Of a DNA stretch of 64,000 nt, positions 37,087 through 47,471 are shown piece after piece. The stretch lies in assembly GCA_964539765.1 (NCBI GenBank), contig CAZIJZ010000003.1:12734-76733 (forward strand), given 5' to 3'. The notes beneath the pieces were generated by a model. That model worked only from the letters and a program-made list of their open reading frames with translations, did no database searches and was not told the origin of the DNA. Source of the stretch: an uncultured Smithella sp. (GTDB lineage Bacteria > Desulfobacterota > Syntrophia > Syntrophales > Smithellaceae). Made by a program: the position numbers and the translations under genes. Position 1 is the stretch's first letter. Every line of letters begins with the position of its first letter.

Positions 37087-37229
37087 GAGATGGACATCCT
37101 TGAGACAAAACAGGGTTTATGTTGATTGTTGCTTAGTTTGTGTTACGAAAATTATAGGAAGAACGTTCGGGTCTGTCAATTAAAATAATCATATAACGGG
37201 AAGCGAACCACAGGCATTCACCCCGTCTG

Positions 37230-38771
37230 TCATTCAATCAGCGCCTTATCGTTATTTGATTTTAAGGCCAGCAGAATCAGGGACAGCGCGAAATAACCGA
37301 TCGACGTTAAATAGTGAGCCTGAGCAGGAATGTGCCAGGGCAGATACAGTTCGCCCGTCGGCAGGACCGAATGAATAATTCCAAAAAGCGTGAACACGGC
37401 GCAGACCGCAGCGCATAAAGCCGCAAGTTTCGCTTTGTGATCGATCAGAAAGGCCAGCAGGCTTCCCCACAGCAGTCCCGTAATAATGAACCCGTTGCTG
37501 AGCATCGTCAGCGTCTGATGCAGGACTTGCAGCCGCGCCGGCAGTTTCTCCATTGCGATGCCCATTGCCCCGGTGAACTGTCCCAGAATGATCAGCACCA
37601 TGCTGGCGATGACCGGCAGGATGCTGAGACTGACCGCCGGAGAGTGAGCGGGCGGCGAATCATTGTAAGCCTGTCGCATGATTTCAAAACCGATAAAGAT
37701 AAAAATCGGCGCGATGACTGCGCGCGGAATCAGACTGACAAAAAGCGAAAGCAGCCCGGTCATGGAGCAGACGCCGATTAGGATTCCCGTCAGCAGGGTG
37801 TACCACCACGTTGCACCCATCTTTTTGTAAGCCGGATGACCGATGTAAGGTGTTGTTTGCGCCACCCCGCCGAAGAATGCCGCGATCAGCGACGAAAATG
37901 CTTCCGTGAGCAGAATGTCTCTGGTGCGGTAATCGTCGCCGGCCAGCCGCGCGCTCTCCGTGTTATTGATTCCGCCGATGATGGTCAGAATGCCGAAGGG
38001 GATGGCAATCGTCAGATAATGCATGCTTTGCGGAACGGTTTTCAGAAACTCAACGGTAGGCAGGGGCAGCGCAAAATGCATATCCAGAGAAGGCGCGGTG
38101 AACTCGGGCAGATATCCGCCGAACCCCAGGAGAAAATGAATGCCGGTGCCCAGGATAACTGCCGCCAGCACGCCGGGCATCCGTCCCGGCAGCTGCATTT
38201 TGCTCATGAGTGTTGTGAAGATCAGTCCCAGCGCCACCATGCCGACAACCGCTTCATTGAAAATTTCCAGCAACGGAAGAAAACCAAGCAGCATCAGTCC
38301 GATTCCGGCCAGCGGTCCCAGCAGGCCTGCCGTGGGAATGATGCGTTGCACCAGACCACCGAAAAAAGAAGTGAATATCTTTACGATGCCGATCATAAAA
38401 AGCGTGGCCATGCCGATGTGCCAGGTCAGCTGCGCGTCGCGTGTGGCGACATAAGCGGGCCCCATAACGGCGTAGGCGATGCCGATGGTGGAGGGCGTAT
38501 CGATTCCGAGAGGCATGGACGTGACATCGGTTCGGCCCGTTCTTTTTCTCAGACGCAGCGCCAGCCATGTATAGACCATATCCCCGATGAAGATGCCGAC
38601 AGCCGTTCCCGGAATCATGCGCGTCAGAATAATATCCGGCGGATAGTTGAACGTGAAAACAAGAATCGCGCTGAAGAAGATCAGCGTTCCGACGTTATCC
38701 AGAAACAAAGCAAGGAAAGCGGTTGTCTCTCCCCAGAATCTGTTTTGACCGGCTGTATTTTCGGCGTTCAT
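37230..38771 (-). CDS. polytopic permease (NCS2/AzgA-like or related; family call tentative)
   Basis: 513 aa with at least 12 hydrophobic helices and Gly-rich intramembrane segments. I see no secure signature. Confidence 0.6.
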   Translation of the reverse strand: MNAENTAGQNRFWGETTAFLALFLDNVGTLIFFSAILVFTFNYPPDIILTRMIPGTAVGIFIGDMVYTWLALRLRKRTGRTDVTSMPLGIDTPSTIGIAYAVMGPAYVATRDAQLTWHIGMATLFMIGIVKIFTSFFGGLVQRIIPTAGLLGPLAGIGLMLLGFLPLLEIFNEAVVGMVALGLIFTTLMSKMQLPGRMPGVLAAVILGTGIHFLLGFGGYLPEFTAPSLDMHFALPLPTVEFLKTVPQSMHYLTIAIPFGILTIIGGINNTESARLAGDDYRTRDILLTEAFSSLIAAFFGGVAQTTPYIGHPAYKKMGATWWYTLLTGILIGVCSMTGLLSLFVSLIPRAVIAPIFIFIGFEIMRQAYNDSPPAHSPAVSLSILPVIASMVLIILGQFTGAMGIAMEKLPARLQVLHQTLTMLSNGFIITGLLWGSLLAFLIDHKAKLAALCAAVCAVFTLFGIIHSVLPTGELYLPWHIPAQAHYLTSIGYFALSLILLALKSNNDKALIE

Positions 38772-39019
38772 CGCGCCTCCTCAAACTTGCGTTTTCCTGT
38801 GCGTCACTGCGACCGAAGGCTATCGTCCGGCGATGCCGGGGAGAAGTCCTGATTTGCAATCACGTTATTATTCTTTTCGCCCACTTTATAAACAAAAAAG
38901 CGCTGTTTGACAATTCGTTTTCCGTTAAACAGAATTTGATGAAAATCACTGATCAAGCAATGATTTGACCCGCAAGAGAAATGTCCTGATGTTTTTTAAT
39001 ATGCGGTCATGCTTTGGAA

Positions 39020-39775
39020 TTACTTTTTACGTTTTGAGGCTTTTCCCTGCTCAAAGAGCAATTTACGCATCGTGGCGCGATAACCATTGAGTGTTTCGCG
39101 ATATCGTTCAATGAGCGTCAGACTGTCCGGGGTTGCACTCGCCATATAGGAGAGCATCAATTCTTTCTTGATCTCGATGTGCTTTTTGATACGTTCTTCA
39201 TCAAGAGAATCATAAAATATTTCGATCATTTTTTTGCGCAGGGGACGGCAGGTGTGTGTGATGAGGATAACGACAATGTTGTTTCCTGCTTCCGCGATAG
39301 CTTCCTGTGACAGGAGCTCCAGATCAATCAAATATTTTCTATCATGCAAATTAGCCAGCTCTTCATCAAAAAAGTCAATCATGGTTTTAATATCGCGGGG
39401 CGTAATTTTGGGGGCGGCGAGTTTAAGCATTTCCGGCAGGAAAAACGTCCAGAATTCCCAAATTTCATCCAGGATGTAAGGATCGGTCAGCCATTCATTT
39501 TCCGGCTCATCCGTTTGCAGAAAAAGCATTCTCAGAAAATCAATGCTGGCACCCTTCATATAGTCACGGACATAAACGCCGTCGCCCTGCCGGATGCTGA
39601 GCACGTTCATCAGTTCCAAATTTTTCAGGGCAATCCTCAGCGATGCACGGTCCACGTGGATATCTTTGGCCAGTTGGCGCTCGGAAGGCAGTTTGTCTCC
39701 GGGTTTTATCTGTCTGCTGAAAATCTGCCTGACCAAAATGTTCATGACGCGCTCATGTGCTTGAAATCCTTCCAT
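39020..39775 (-). CDS. GntR-family (FadR-subfamily-like) transcriptional regulator
   Basis: 251 aa. The N-terminal wHTH reads KPGDKLPSERQLAKDIHVDRASLRIALKNLELMNVLSIRQGDGVYV. An all-helical C-terminal domain follows. Confidence 0.85.
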   Translation of the reverse strand: MEGFQAHERVMNILVRQIFSRQIKPGDKLPSERQLAKDIHVDRASLRIALKNLELMNVLSIRQGDGVYVRDYMKGASIDFLRMLFLQTDEPENEWLTDPYILDEIWEFWTFFLPEMLKLAAPKITPRDIKTMIDFFDEELANLHDRKYLIDLELLSQEAIAEAGNNIVVILITHTCRPLRKKMIEIFYDSLDEERIKKHIEIKKELMLSYMASATPDSLTLIERYRETLNGYRATMRKLLFEQGKASKRKK

Positions 39776-39821
39776 GTTTACTCCTTAATCAATCCTTTCA
39801 TTTGTAAAAAATAAAAAATAC

Positions 39822-39885
39822 TTGACACGTGGTAAATATGTGTTATGAATTGGTCAACCAATTACATAATAGTCATTTACCACGT
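39822..39885 (+). promoter_or_regulatory. divergent promoter/operator: TTGACA-N16-TATGAA plus nested palindromes
   Basis: The core palindrome is AATTGGT-CA-ACCAATT (39848-39863). The outer arms are acgtggtaaat (39827-39837) and atttaccacgt (39875-39885). The TGGT..ACCA core fits FadR/GntR-type operators. Confidence 0.6.
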
Positions 39886-39935
39886 TTGTTTCGCATTATC
39901 AAGTACGAAGTTGATTAAAGACAGAGAGGTTTGCT

Positions 39936-41342
39936 ATGCGCGATGTCTATATCATCGGAGTTGATACCGTCAAATTCGGCAAACACATGGATAAGAGCAT
40001 CAAGGATCTGGCAATTATGACAGCCACCGGGTGCCTCAAAGATGCCGGTCTGACCAAGAACGATATTCAGGCCCTCTGGTTTGCCAATGCCGGCTGGTGT
40101 GAAAGAGGACAGATGACCATTCGCGGCCAGGTCGCCCTCAAGGGAATGGGAATCGAAGGTATTCCCATCACCAATGTAGAAAATGCCTGTGCAGGCGGTT
40201 CCACTGCCCTGCATCATGCCTGGTACGGCGTTGCCGGCGGTTTGTACGACATCACCATGGCGGTCGGCGCGGAAAAACTTTATTTTTCCAACAAGAATCT
40301 TGTCTTCCAGGGGTTCCTGGGAGGAATTGATATTGAAAATGTCTTACCCATTGCGAACGCACTTTCTGCTTTCGGCCTTACGGATGACGAGAAAGTCAAG
40401 GTAGAACAATTTAAACAAAAATATCAGAAGAAGGCCGTCAACGAAGATAAAGGCGCAAAAAAAGCCAAAGTCAAAGAATCAAGATGGAAAAAATACCGGG
40501 ACCAGTTCACATCGGCCATTGTTCTGGGTGAAAAGATCGGCTACGATACTGTATGGAAACTGGCTAAACTGACAGCCGGCGACCACTCTCCCTTCATGGA
40601 TGTTTATGGCTATGCCTGCCGCCAGCACATGAAAAAATATGGTTCCACCGCGGAACAACTGGCGATCATTGCTTCTAAGAATCACTTCAATTCCACTCTT
40701 AATCCCAACGCACAATACTGCTTTGAAGTTCCGGTAGAAAAGGTTTTGACAGACCGTATCGTATCGTGGCCATTGACCCGTTCCATGTGCGCTCCCATCG
40801 GCGACGGCGCCGCTTCGGCCATTTTATGTTCCGAAGCTATGGTGAAGAAACTGGGTTTGACCGGTCAAGCTGTCAAAATCAGGGCTTCGATTCTCGGTTC
40901 AGCCATTAGAACATCTTTTGATTCCGACATTCCGGAAATAGGAGAAAGGCTTTCTAAACAGGCTTATGAAAAAGCCGGAGTCAGCCCCCAGGATATCAAT
41001 ATGGCGGAAGTGCATGATGCCTCGGCTTTCGGTGAAGTGGTGCAGGCGGAAAATCTGGGCTTCTGTCCCAAAGGTGAAGGCGGCATCTTTGCCGAAAAAG
41101 GCGAAACGAGCCTGAAGGGCCGCATTCCCATTAATCCCAGCGGTGGTTTGATTTCGCGCGGCCATCCCATCGGTGCGTCCGGTCTGGCTCAGGTACACGA
41201 ACTGGTTACCCAGTTGAGAGGCAGAGCCGGAAAACGTCAGGTCAAAAATGCAAAACTGGCTCTGGCGGAAAATGGCGGAGGCGCTCTGGGCACGGAAGAA
41301 GCGGCGATGTGCATCCATATTCTGGAAGCGCCGTCACGTTAA
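39936..41342 (+). CDS. thiolase-fold protein (SCP-x/lipid-transfer type) with a Lys-rich insertion
   Basis: 468 aa with the N-terminus MRDVYIIGVDTVKFGK. It has the active-site-like NACAGGSTAL and the C-terminal GGLISRGHPIGASG. The insertion of about 70 aa reads EKVKVEQFKQKYQKK... Confidence 0.8.
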   Translation: MRDVYIIGVDTVKFGKHMDKSIKDLAIMTATGCLKDAGLTKNDIQALWFANAGWCERGQMTIRGQVALKGMGIEGIPITNVENACAGGSTALHHAWYGVAGGLYDITMAVGAEKLYFSNKNLVFQGFLGGIDIENVLPIANALSAFGLTDDEKVKVEQFKQKYQKKAVNEDKGAKKAKVKESRWKKYRDQFTSAIVLGEKIGYDTVWKLAKLTAGDHSPFMDVYGYACRQHMKKYGSTAEQLAIIASKNHFNSTLNPNAQYCFEVPVEKVLTDRIVSWPLTRSMCAPIGDGAASAILCSEAMVKKLGLTGQAVKIRASILGSAIRTSFDSDIPEIGERLSKQAYEKAGVSPQDINMAEVHDASAFGEVVQAENLGFCPKGEGGIFAEKGETSLKGRIPINPSGGLISRGHPIGASGLAQVHELVTQLRGRAGKRQVKNAKLALAENGGGALGTEEAAMCIHILEAPSR

Positions 41343-41471
41343 ATTGACAATAAGTATTGGCAGGCTGTGCGAGATCCACTTTTGACGAGCATAGAGTACC
41401 GCACTTCTTGAAATTCGAAGAACAAAGGTATTCCAAATTGTTCAGACATAATTAATGCGGAAGGGAGTATT

Positions 41472-42983
41472 ATGATAAAACCAAAGTTGAACAAATCTTT
41501 ATTGGAGCGAGAGCCGCGCTTCGACGATAGTTTCTGCAGTATGCAGGCTATTCCGAAGATTCCCAAGATTCAGCTTAAGGAGACAAGAATTCTTGTCAGC
41601 TATGCACGCCGGTTCAACGATGAGGTCGTCAGGCCGCTGGCGCTCAAGACGGATCTGAAGACTTTCCAGGATCCGGAATATCTTCCCTGGGACCTTATTC
41701 AGAAGGTCAATGAATGGGGTTTCTACACCCTGTTTATTCCCAAAATATTCGGCGGTAAGGGGTGGGCTTTAACAGGCATCAATTACGTGATCGAAGAGTT
41801 GGCCTCGGCCTGTGTGGGTATCGCCAACGTGGTCTTTGTGCACTATCTCGGTTTTGTGACCATGCTGGGGTCCTGGAATATATCGGTGATCAACAGAGTC
41901 TGCCGGGAAGTGGTGGAGGGAGAACGCACAGGCAATCCCTGTCTGATTTCTCTGGCGATCACCGAACCGGGGGCCGGCACGGATGTGGAAGAAGTTGAAC
42001 TGATCGATCGCGGCCGGGTAACCTGCTATGCCGAAAAAGTCAAAGGCGGCTACATCGTCAACGGCAGCAAGATATTCATCTCCATGGGCCATGTTTCCAC
42101 CTGGCACGCGCTGATCGCCTATTCCGATCTGAAAAAGCCGTCCGAAAATACATTAATGCTGGCGGTCAAGAACGGCATGAAAGGATTCTCCTTCGGCAAG
42201 CATGAAGACAAGATGGGTCAGCGGGCGTGTCCGGCGAGCGAACTTATTTTTCAGGACTGTTTTATACCGGATGAAAATGTTCTGGTTGATTCAAGAACTC
42301 TCCCACCATCCCAATTGCGCGAAACAGGAGAACTGGTCAACCAGATCATTCATTATGTCGTTGAGGGTTCACGTCCTGCGGTCGGTGCTTTTGGAACCGG
42401 CGTGGCGCGCGGCGCTTATGAACATGCTCTGAAATTTGCCGGCGAAACCGAAGTGGACGGCAAACTACTTATCAATCATGAATGGGCGCAGATCATGCTG
42501 GCCGAGATGTATAAGAACGTCATCGCCGGACGGCTCGCTTATTGTGAAGCCAATTTTTCCAATAGTCTTAAAGGCGGGATTTTAAGTTTCCTGCAAATCA
42601 AGCCGGTTTACTATTATATGAAGTACGTGCCGCAGGCGGTAATTGATCTTTTTGTCGTACCTCTCTATAAAACGAAATTATTCAATTGGTTCACGCGTCA
42701 GATTTTCGTGGAAGGACAATCCCTGGAAGCCCAGAAGCGCTGTTCCGGATGGGCATCCATTGCCAAGTTTGTGGGGACGGATATGGGCATGAAAAACAGC
42801 CAGATGGCCATTGAGATGATGGGGCAGGCGGGACTGCGGCACGACCAGGGCGTCGAGAAGATCCTTCGTGATTCCAAACTGCTCCAGATCTACGAAGGCA
42901 CCAACCAACTCAACCGGCTTAATCTGTTTAACTGCCTCATTGCGCGTTGCATACCGCAGGCTCGCGTATTCGAAGAAGAATAG
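41472..42983 (+). CDS. acyl-CoA dehydrogenase (catalytic subunit)
   Basis: 503 aa. The catalytic-base motif LLQIYEGTNQLNR is retained. Confidence 0.85.
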   Translation: MIKPKLNKSLLEREPRFDDSFCSMQAIPKIPKIQLKETRILVSYARRFNDEVVRPLALKTDLKTFQDPEYLPWDLIQKVNEWGFYTLFIPKIFGGKGWALTGINYVIEELASACVGIANVVFVHYLGFVTMLGSWNISVINRVCREVVEGERTGNPCLISLAITEPGAGTDVEEVELIDRGRVTCYAEKVKGGYIVNGSKIFISMGHVSTWHALIAYSDLKKPSENTLMLAVKNGMKGFSFGKHEDKMGQRACPASELIFQDCFIPDENVLVDSRTLPPSQLRETGELVNQIIHYVVEGSRPAVGAFGTGVARGAYEHALKFAGETEVDGKLLINHEWAQIMLAEMYKNVIAGRLAYCEANFSNSLKGGILSFLQIKPVYYYMKYVPQAVIDLFVVPLYKTKLFNWFTRQIFVEGQSLEAQKRCSGWASIAKFVGTDMGMKNSQMAIEMMGQAGLRHDQGVEKILRDSKLLQIYEGTNQLNRLNLFNCLIARCIPQARVFEEE

Positions 42984-42995
42984 GAGGGTACAAAT

Positions 42996-44120
42996 ATGCT
43001 GACCACCGTAAAATGCGAACTCAAATCATTTGAAGACCTGGCCAGAAGCTTTGCGGCCAAAGAACTTGCCGCCAACCGGGAAGAACACGATCGCTATCCT
43101 TTTGGTCCTTTTTTTGATTCCGTTGTCACCAAAGCCCATGAAGTCGGACTCTTGAGCGCCACATTACCTGAAGAATGCGGAGGCATCGGCCAGGACGTAG
43201 GCGCCTTATGTATTATTCTTGATCATATCAGTGCAGTGGATGCCAGCCTCAGTGGCATTATTTTTACCAATGCTCTTTCTCAGGAAATTATGCTTGCGGC
43301 GGGGAACAAAGATCTCCTCGCCGGCATTATGGAAAAAGCGGCCGATGCCAAAGCGGCGCTCATTGCCTGCCCTTCTTTCGCCAATCCCTCGGAAACAGGC
43401 ACCACACTGGAGGCAGTGAAGGTCAAAGACAGTTATATGCTCAACGGCTCGATTGAATATGTCGTTCTGGGCGGTATATCCGGACATGCTTTAGTCCCGG
43501 CGCGTATCAAAGGGCAGGAGGGTTATTCGTTCTTCCTCATCGATCCGGCGGATAAGGGATTGAATAAAAGCGAGCCGGTATTTAGTCTGGGGCTGCATTC
43601 CTGTCCGGCTGTGGATTTGACGCTTTCAGGCGTCGAAGGAAAACTGATCGGTCAGGCGGGCGAAGGAGCAAAATATTTCAATCGGGCTGCCGACCGCATG
43701 CACTCGGCGGTTGCCGCCATGCAGTGCGGGATTATGAAAGGCTCCTTTAATGAAGCCTTGGATTACAGCCAGCAGCGCTTCCAGGGCGGCAAGGAAATCA
43801 TCAAATGGTCGGGACTGAGGATGCTGTTAGGCCAGATGGCCGTTCAGGTGAAAATTGCTGAAATGGTCCTCTCCGAGGCGGCCATGGCCGTGGAGAATCA
43901 GGAACCGCAATGGAATTTATACACCAGAGCGGCGTCTGTGCATCTGTCGGAACTGGCCTGTAAATTGACCACGGACGGTATCCAGTGTTTAGGCGGCAAC
44001 GGTTATATGAAAGATTACGGTCAGGAAAAAAGATTCCGTGACGCCAAACACGTGCAGGCGTTTTTAGGTTTGGCCCCCATGCGAAAGTTGGGAATGATAA
44101 AGTCTATCGTTAATGGGTAG
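42996..44120 (+). CDS. acyl-CoA dehydrogenase-fold protein lacking the catalytic Glu
   Basis: 374 aa. The position equivalent to IYEGT reads AFLGLA, so there is no Glu. The rest of the fold is recognisable (FRDAKHVQ). Confidence 0.8.
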   Translation: MLTTVKCELKSFEDLARSFAAKELAANREEHDRYPFGPFFDSVVTKAHEVGLLSATLPEECGGIGQDVGALCIILDHISAVDASLSGIIFTNALSQEIMLAAGNKDLLAGIMEKAADAKAALIACPSFANPSETGTTLEAVKVKDSYMLNGSIEYVVLGGISGHALVPARIKGQEGYSFFLIDPADKGLNKSEPVFSLGLHSCPAVDLTLSGVEGKLIGQAGEGAKYFNRAADRMHSAVAAMQCGIMKGSFNEALDYSQQRFQGGKEIIKWSGLRMLLGQMAVQVKIAEMVLSEAAMAVENQEPQWNLYTRAASVHLSELACKLTTDGIQCLGGNGYMKDYGQEKRFRDAKHVQAFLGLAPMRKLGMIKSIVNG

Positions 44121-44158
44121 TGCTTTATATTCAAATAAAAAAATAATGAGGAAGTAAA

Positions 44159-45874
44159 ATGTATTTGTTAGCGAATTCAAGAATTGCAGGTTCCATTGCC
44201 AAAAGTTTATTAACATTTTTTAAAGATGAGATGGGGCGTGGAACGTTCCGGGCGAATATAAGGAGTATGATTAAAGCGCAGGAAATCGCGGAAGACATGT
44301 CCTGGGCTGAGCTCATCGAAGAAAAAGCCTGCAAGTATGGGGACAGGACATTTCTGATTTTCGAAGACAAGGAATTTTCCTTCCGGCAGATGGATGAAAA
44401 CGCCAACAGAGTAGCCAATTATCTCCTTTCACTGGGCGCCGGCAAGGGCAAGGGTGTCGCCATCATCATGGGCAACAGCCCCCAGTATCTGGACGTCTAT
44501 ATCGGATCTCAGAAACTCGGGATGTATTCCATTCCCATCAATACATCTCTTCGCGGCGACAGTCTCCTTTATATTCTGGACCACAGCAATGCCGAATTCG
44601 TCGTTATCGACGAGGAATTTCTCGATGCGTACAATAAAATAGCGGACAAGGTAGAAAAAAGAAAAAAGATTATCGTGAACCAATCCGCCACGGCTGGCAA
44701 ATCTCCCCTGCCTCAAGGGATGTTGAATCTTGCTGACGCGTACAGGCAGTCTACAAAAAAACCGGATATAAAATACGATAAGAAAGATATCTGCTTCATC
44801 CTTTACACTTCGGGAACAACCGGCCTGCCCAAGGGGGTAATGTACCGCTATGGGAAAACCACGGTGAAGTTACTTTCGATACCGGCAAATGCACTGTACA
44901 AAAAATCGGACATTCTCTACACCAGTCTCCCTCTTTTCCACGGCAACGCTCTCTGGCTCTGCGTCACGCAGGCCATGCACCGCGGCTGCAAGGTGGTGCT
45001 GGCCAGAAAATTCTCCGCGAGCAAATTCTGGGACGAAATGCGCAAGTACAAGGTTACGGAATTCAATACCATCGGCGCCATGATTCCCATATTGATGAAA
45101 CAGCCGCCGAAGGAAAATGACCGTGACAACTGCGTACGCTTTACTATATCGGCCGCATGCCCGGTGGACGAGTGGGCGAAATTCGAAAAGAGATTCGGCA
45201 TTAAAATCTATGAAGCCTACGGCTCCGTTGACGGCGGCGGCAAGACCATCATGAATCTGGGTAATGCCCCGGTCGGTTCCATCGGCAAGCCCGCCCCCAA
45301 CACGGTGTACCGGCTGGTGGACAACGAAGGCAAAGATGTTCCGGACGGCACGCCGGGGCAACTTATTTTTGAATCCAAAGGCAAGAAAAAATCGGTGGAA
45401 TATTTTAAAAATGAGAAAGCCGGCAATGATAAGCTGAAAGACGGCTGGATATACACCGGCGACCTGGTCAGGCGGGATAAAAACGGTTACCTCTACTTTG
45501 TCGGACGCAACGCGGAGTTCATGCGCATCAAGGGCGAAAACGTGTCCGCTTACGAAGTTGAACATACGATTCAGAAACACCCCTCGGTGTTGGAAGCGGC
45601 CGTGTACGCGGTTCCTTCGGAACTGGCCGAAGATGAAATCATGGCATGCGTCTCTCTGGTTGACGGACATACCCTGAAAGAAGCGGATCTGGTTGAGACT
45701 CTGAAAGAAGATCTGGCCAAGTTTGCTGTTCCGCGCTTTGTCAAGATCGTCAAAGAATTTCCCAAAACAGAAACACAGCGAATCATCAAAAAAGAATTGG
45801 AAAAGAAGGGCATCATTGCAGGAACTTTTGATGCTCAGAAAAATCAATATCTCGGCGAAGCAAATGCGTTATAA
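44159..45874 (+). CDS. AMP-forming acyl-CoA synthetase/ligase
   Basis: 571 aa with the AMP-binding motif LYTSGTTGLPKG. The blocks YTGDLVRRDKNGYLYFVGR and IKGENV are also present. Confidence 0.9.
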   Translation: MYLLANSRIAGSIAKSLLTFFKDEMGRGTFRANIRSMIKAQEIAEDMSWAELIEEKACKYGDRTFLIFEDKEFSFRQMDENANRVANYLLSLGAGKGKGVAIIMGNSPQYLDVYIGSQKLGMYSIPINTSLRGDSLLYILDHSNAEFVVIDEEFLDAYNKIADKVEKRKKIIVNQSATAGKSPLPQGMLNLADAYRQSTKKPDIKYDKKDICFILYTSGTTGLPKGVMYRYGKTTVKLLSIPANALYKKSDILYTSLPLFHGNALWLCVTQAMHRGCKVVLARKFSASKFWDEMRKYKVTEFNTIGAMIPILMKQPPKENDRDNCVRFTISAACPVDEWAKFEKRFGIKIYEAYGSVDGGGKTIMNLGNAPVGSIGKPAPNTVYRLVDNEGKDVPDGTPGQLIFESKGKKKSVEYFKNEKAGNDKLKDGWIYTGDLVRRDKNGYLYFVGRNAEFMRIKGENVSAYEVEHTIQKHPSVLEAAVYAVPSELAEDEIMACVSLVDGHTLKEADLVETLKEDLAKFAVPRFVKIVKEFPKTETQRIIKKELEKKGIIAGTFDAQKNQYLGEANAL

Positions 45875-45951
45875 AGATATTGTTTGGGAACTTTAGAAGT
45901 ATTTAAAGTTAATACGAATAAACGTCAATATAATCCAACCAAGGGGGGAGT

Positions 45952-46758
45952 ATGGAAAATGTTGTTCTGGCACAATCGGAAGAAACAGATGAGGGGAATA
46001 AAAACTCTAAAAATGAAACATTATCTCCACTGGGAAAATATGAAGAAGGCATGGCCTGGAATCCGGTTGAAAAAATCATCATGGAACGGCGCAGCATTCG
46101 GGCGTTTAAAAAAGAACCCCTGCCCGATAGTATGATTCACAGGATTCTGGAGGCCGGCCGCTTTGCTCCGTCGACCGGCAACACTCAGCCGTGGAAATTC
46201 ATCGTTGTCAAAAGTCCGGAAATCCTCGCTGAAATGGAGAAGGATGCGGTAAAGATGGCCAAATTCTTCATGTTTCTCATCGATTACACCCGGGGTAATA
46301 TTTTGCGGAGACTCTATATTCTAAGCTGGATCAAGTGGATGATACGGTTCATGTATAAAAATTTACTTAATCCTGTGCCGTTTGCGTTGCTGTCGCAGAT
46401 CGCTCAGGAAAAAACTCCTGTCTTTCACGGTGCGCCGACATTGATATTGCTGATTGAAGACAAGCGCGGCGCCGGATGTCCGCCGACGGATATCGGCATC
46501 TGTGGCCAGAATATGGTTTTGGCCGCACACAGCATGGGGGCGGGAAGCTGCTGGTTCGAGACGACCACGCTACTGATGTATCTGCCCAAGTGGAGAAAGA
46601 AATTTGGCATTAAATATCCGTACTGTCTTAATGACTGCATTGCCTTTGGCTGGCCCAGCCCTAAAGCGGATGGCATGGTGCCGCGCGAGGTGCAGTTGGT
46701 TCAGTGGTATGAAAGAGGAATGAACGATGCTCCAAGAGTTAAGAAACAGGGGGAATGA
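45952..46758 (+). CDS. nitroreductase-family flavoprotein
   Basis: 268 aa with RRSIRAF and PSTGNTQPWKF. Confidence 0.8.
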   Translation: MENVVLAQSEETDEGNKNSKNETLSPLGKYEEGMAWNPVEKIIMERRSIRAFKKEPLPDSMIHRILEAGRFAPSTGNTQPWKFIVVKSPEILAEMEKDAVKMAKFFMFLIDYTRGNILRRLYILSWIKWMIRFMYKNLLNPVPFALLSQIAQEKTPVFHGAPTLILLIEDKRGAGCPPTDIGICGQNMVLAAHSMGAGSCWFETTTLLMYLPKWRKKFGIKYPYCLNDCIAFGWPSPKADGMVPREVQLVQWYERGMNDAPRVKKQGE

Positions 46759-46759
46759 T

Positions 46760-47137
46760 ATGAAAAAATTCAGTTTGATAGACAGATTTAGAATACCGAC
46801 CTATGATAAATTAACTCATATGCAAACCGCGGATCTTTATTTTAACGCCAAAAAATGCAAACAATGCGGCATATGCATCAAAGTATGTCCGGGCGGATGC
46901 CTTGTGACAGACAAGGTGGCCAAGAAGGACATACTGAAAGACCCGAAGAAGGCCGTAAAAGGCGGAGTACCGCATGTGGATACCTTGAAGACGGGAACTA
47001 CCCTTTGTATGGCCTGTTTTTGTTGCGGTGCGGCATGTCCCGAAGGCGCCATCTCCATCAAAAGAAATTTTGATCCGAAGTACTTTTATAAGAGGCTGAC
47101 GCAAACGTCTGATCTGACGTATCCGAAAAAATATTAA
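46760..47137 (+). CDS. 2x[4Fe-4S] ferredoxin-domain protein
   Basis: Motifs CKQCGICIKVCP and CMACFCCGAACP. The ATG at 46760 lies 2 nt after the nitroreductase stop and is preceded by ggggga. The track start at 46727 would overlap that gene. Confidence 0.75.
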   Translation: MKKFSLIDRFRIPTYDKLTHMQTADLYFNAKKCKQCGICIKVCPGGCLVTDKVAKKDILKDPKKAVKGGVPHVDTLKTGTTLCMACFCCGAACPEGAISIKRNFDPKYFYKRLTQTSDLTYPKKY

Positions 47138-47471
47138 TAACGATTCAGCCAATCCAATTGCGTTTTGCGCCAAAGCTCCGTGTGTCGGTCTGTCCCAAAG
47201 ACAGCGAGTGAGCATCTCGAAAAGTCAGCGGACCGGCACATTTCCTTTCGTACAAATTGTAAAAATGTTTGACAAATTACACGACCTCCGTTTTAGTCTT
47301 TTCAGATAATGCCTTGAAAAATAGTTTCGCCGGTTTCCTGAAATAATCTTCATCTCGATTTCAGGCCAGGCTTGATCGTCCGGATATATCAATATCGCGC
47401 GTGAAGAGTTTATGGCAAAAGGGCGCTGTTTCTTATTGTTAAATATTTGTGAATTTAAGGAAAATTGAAAA

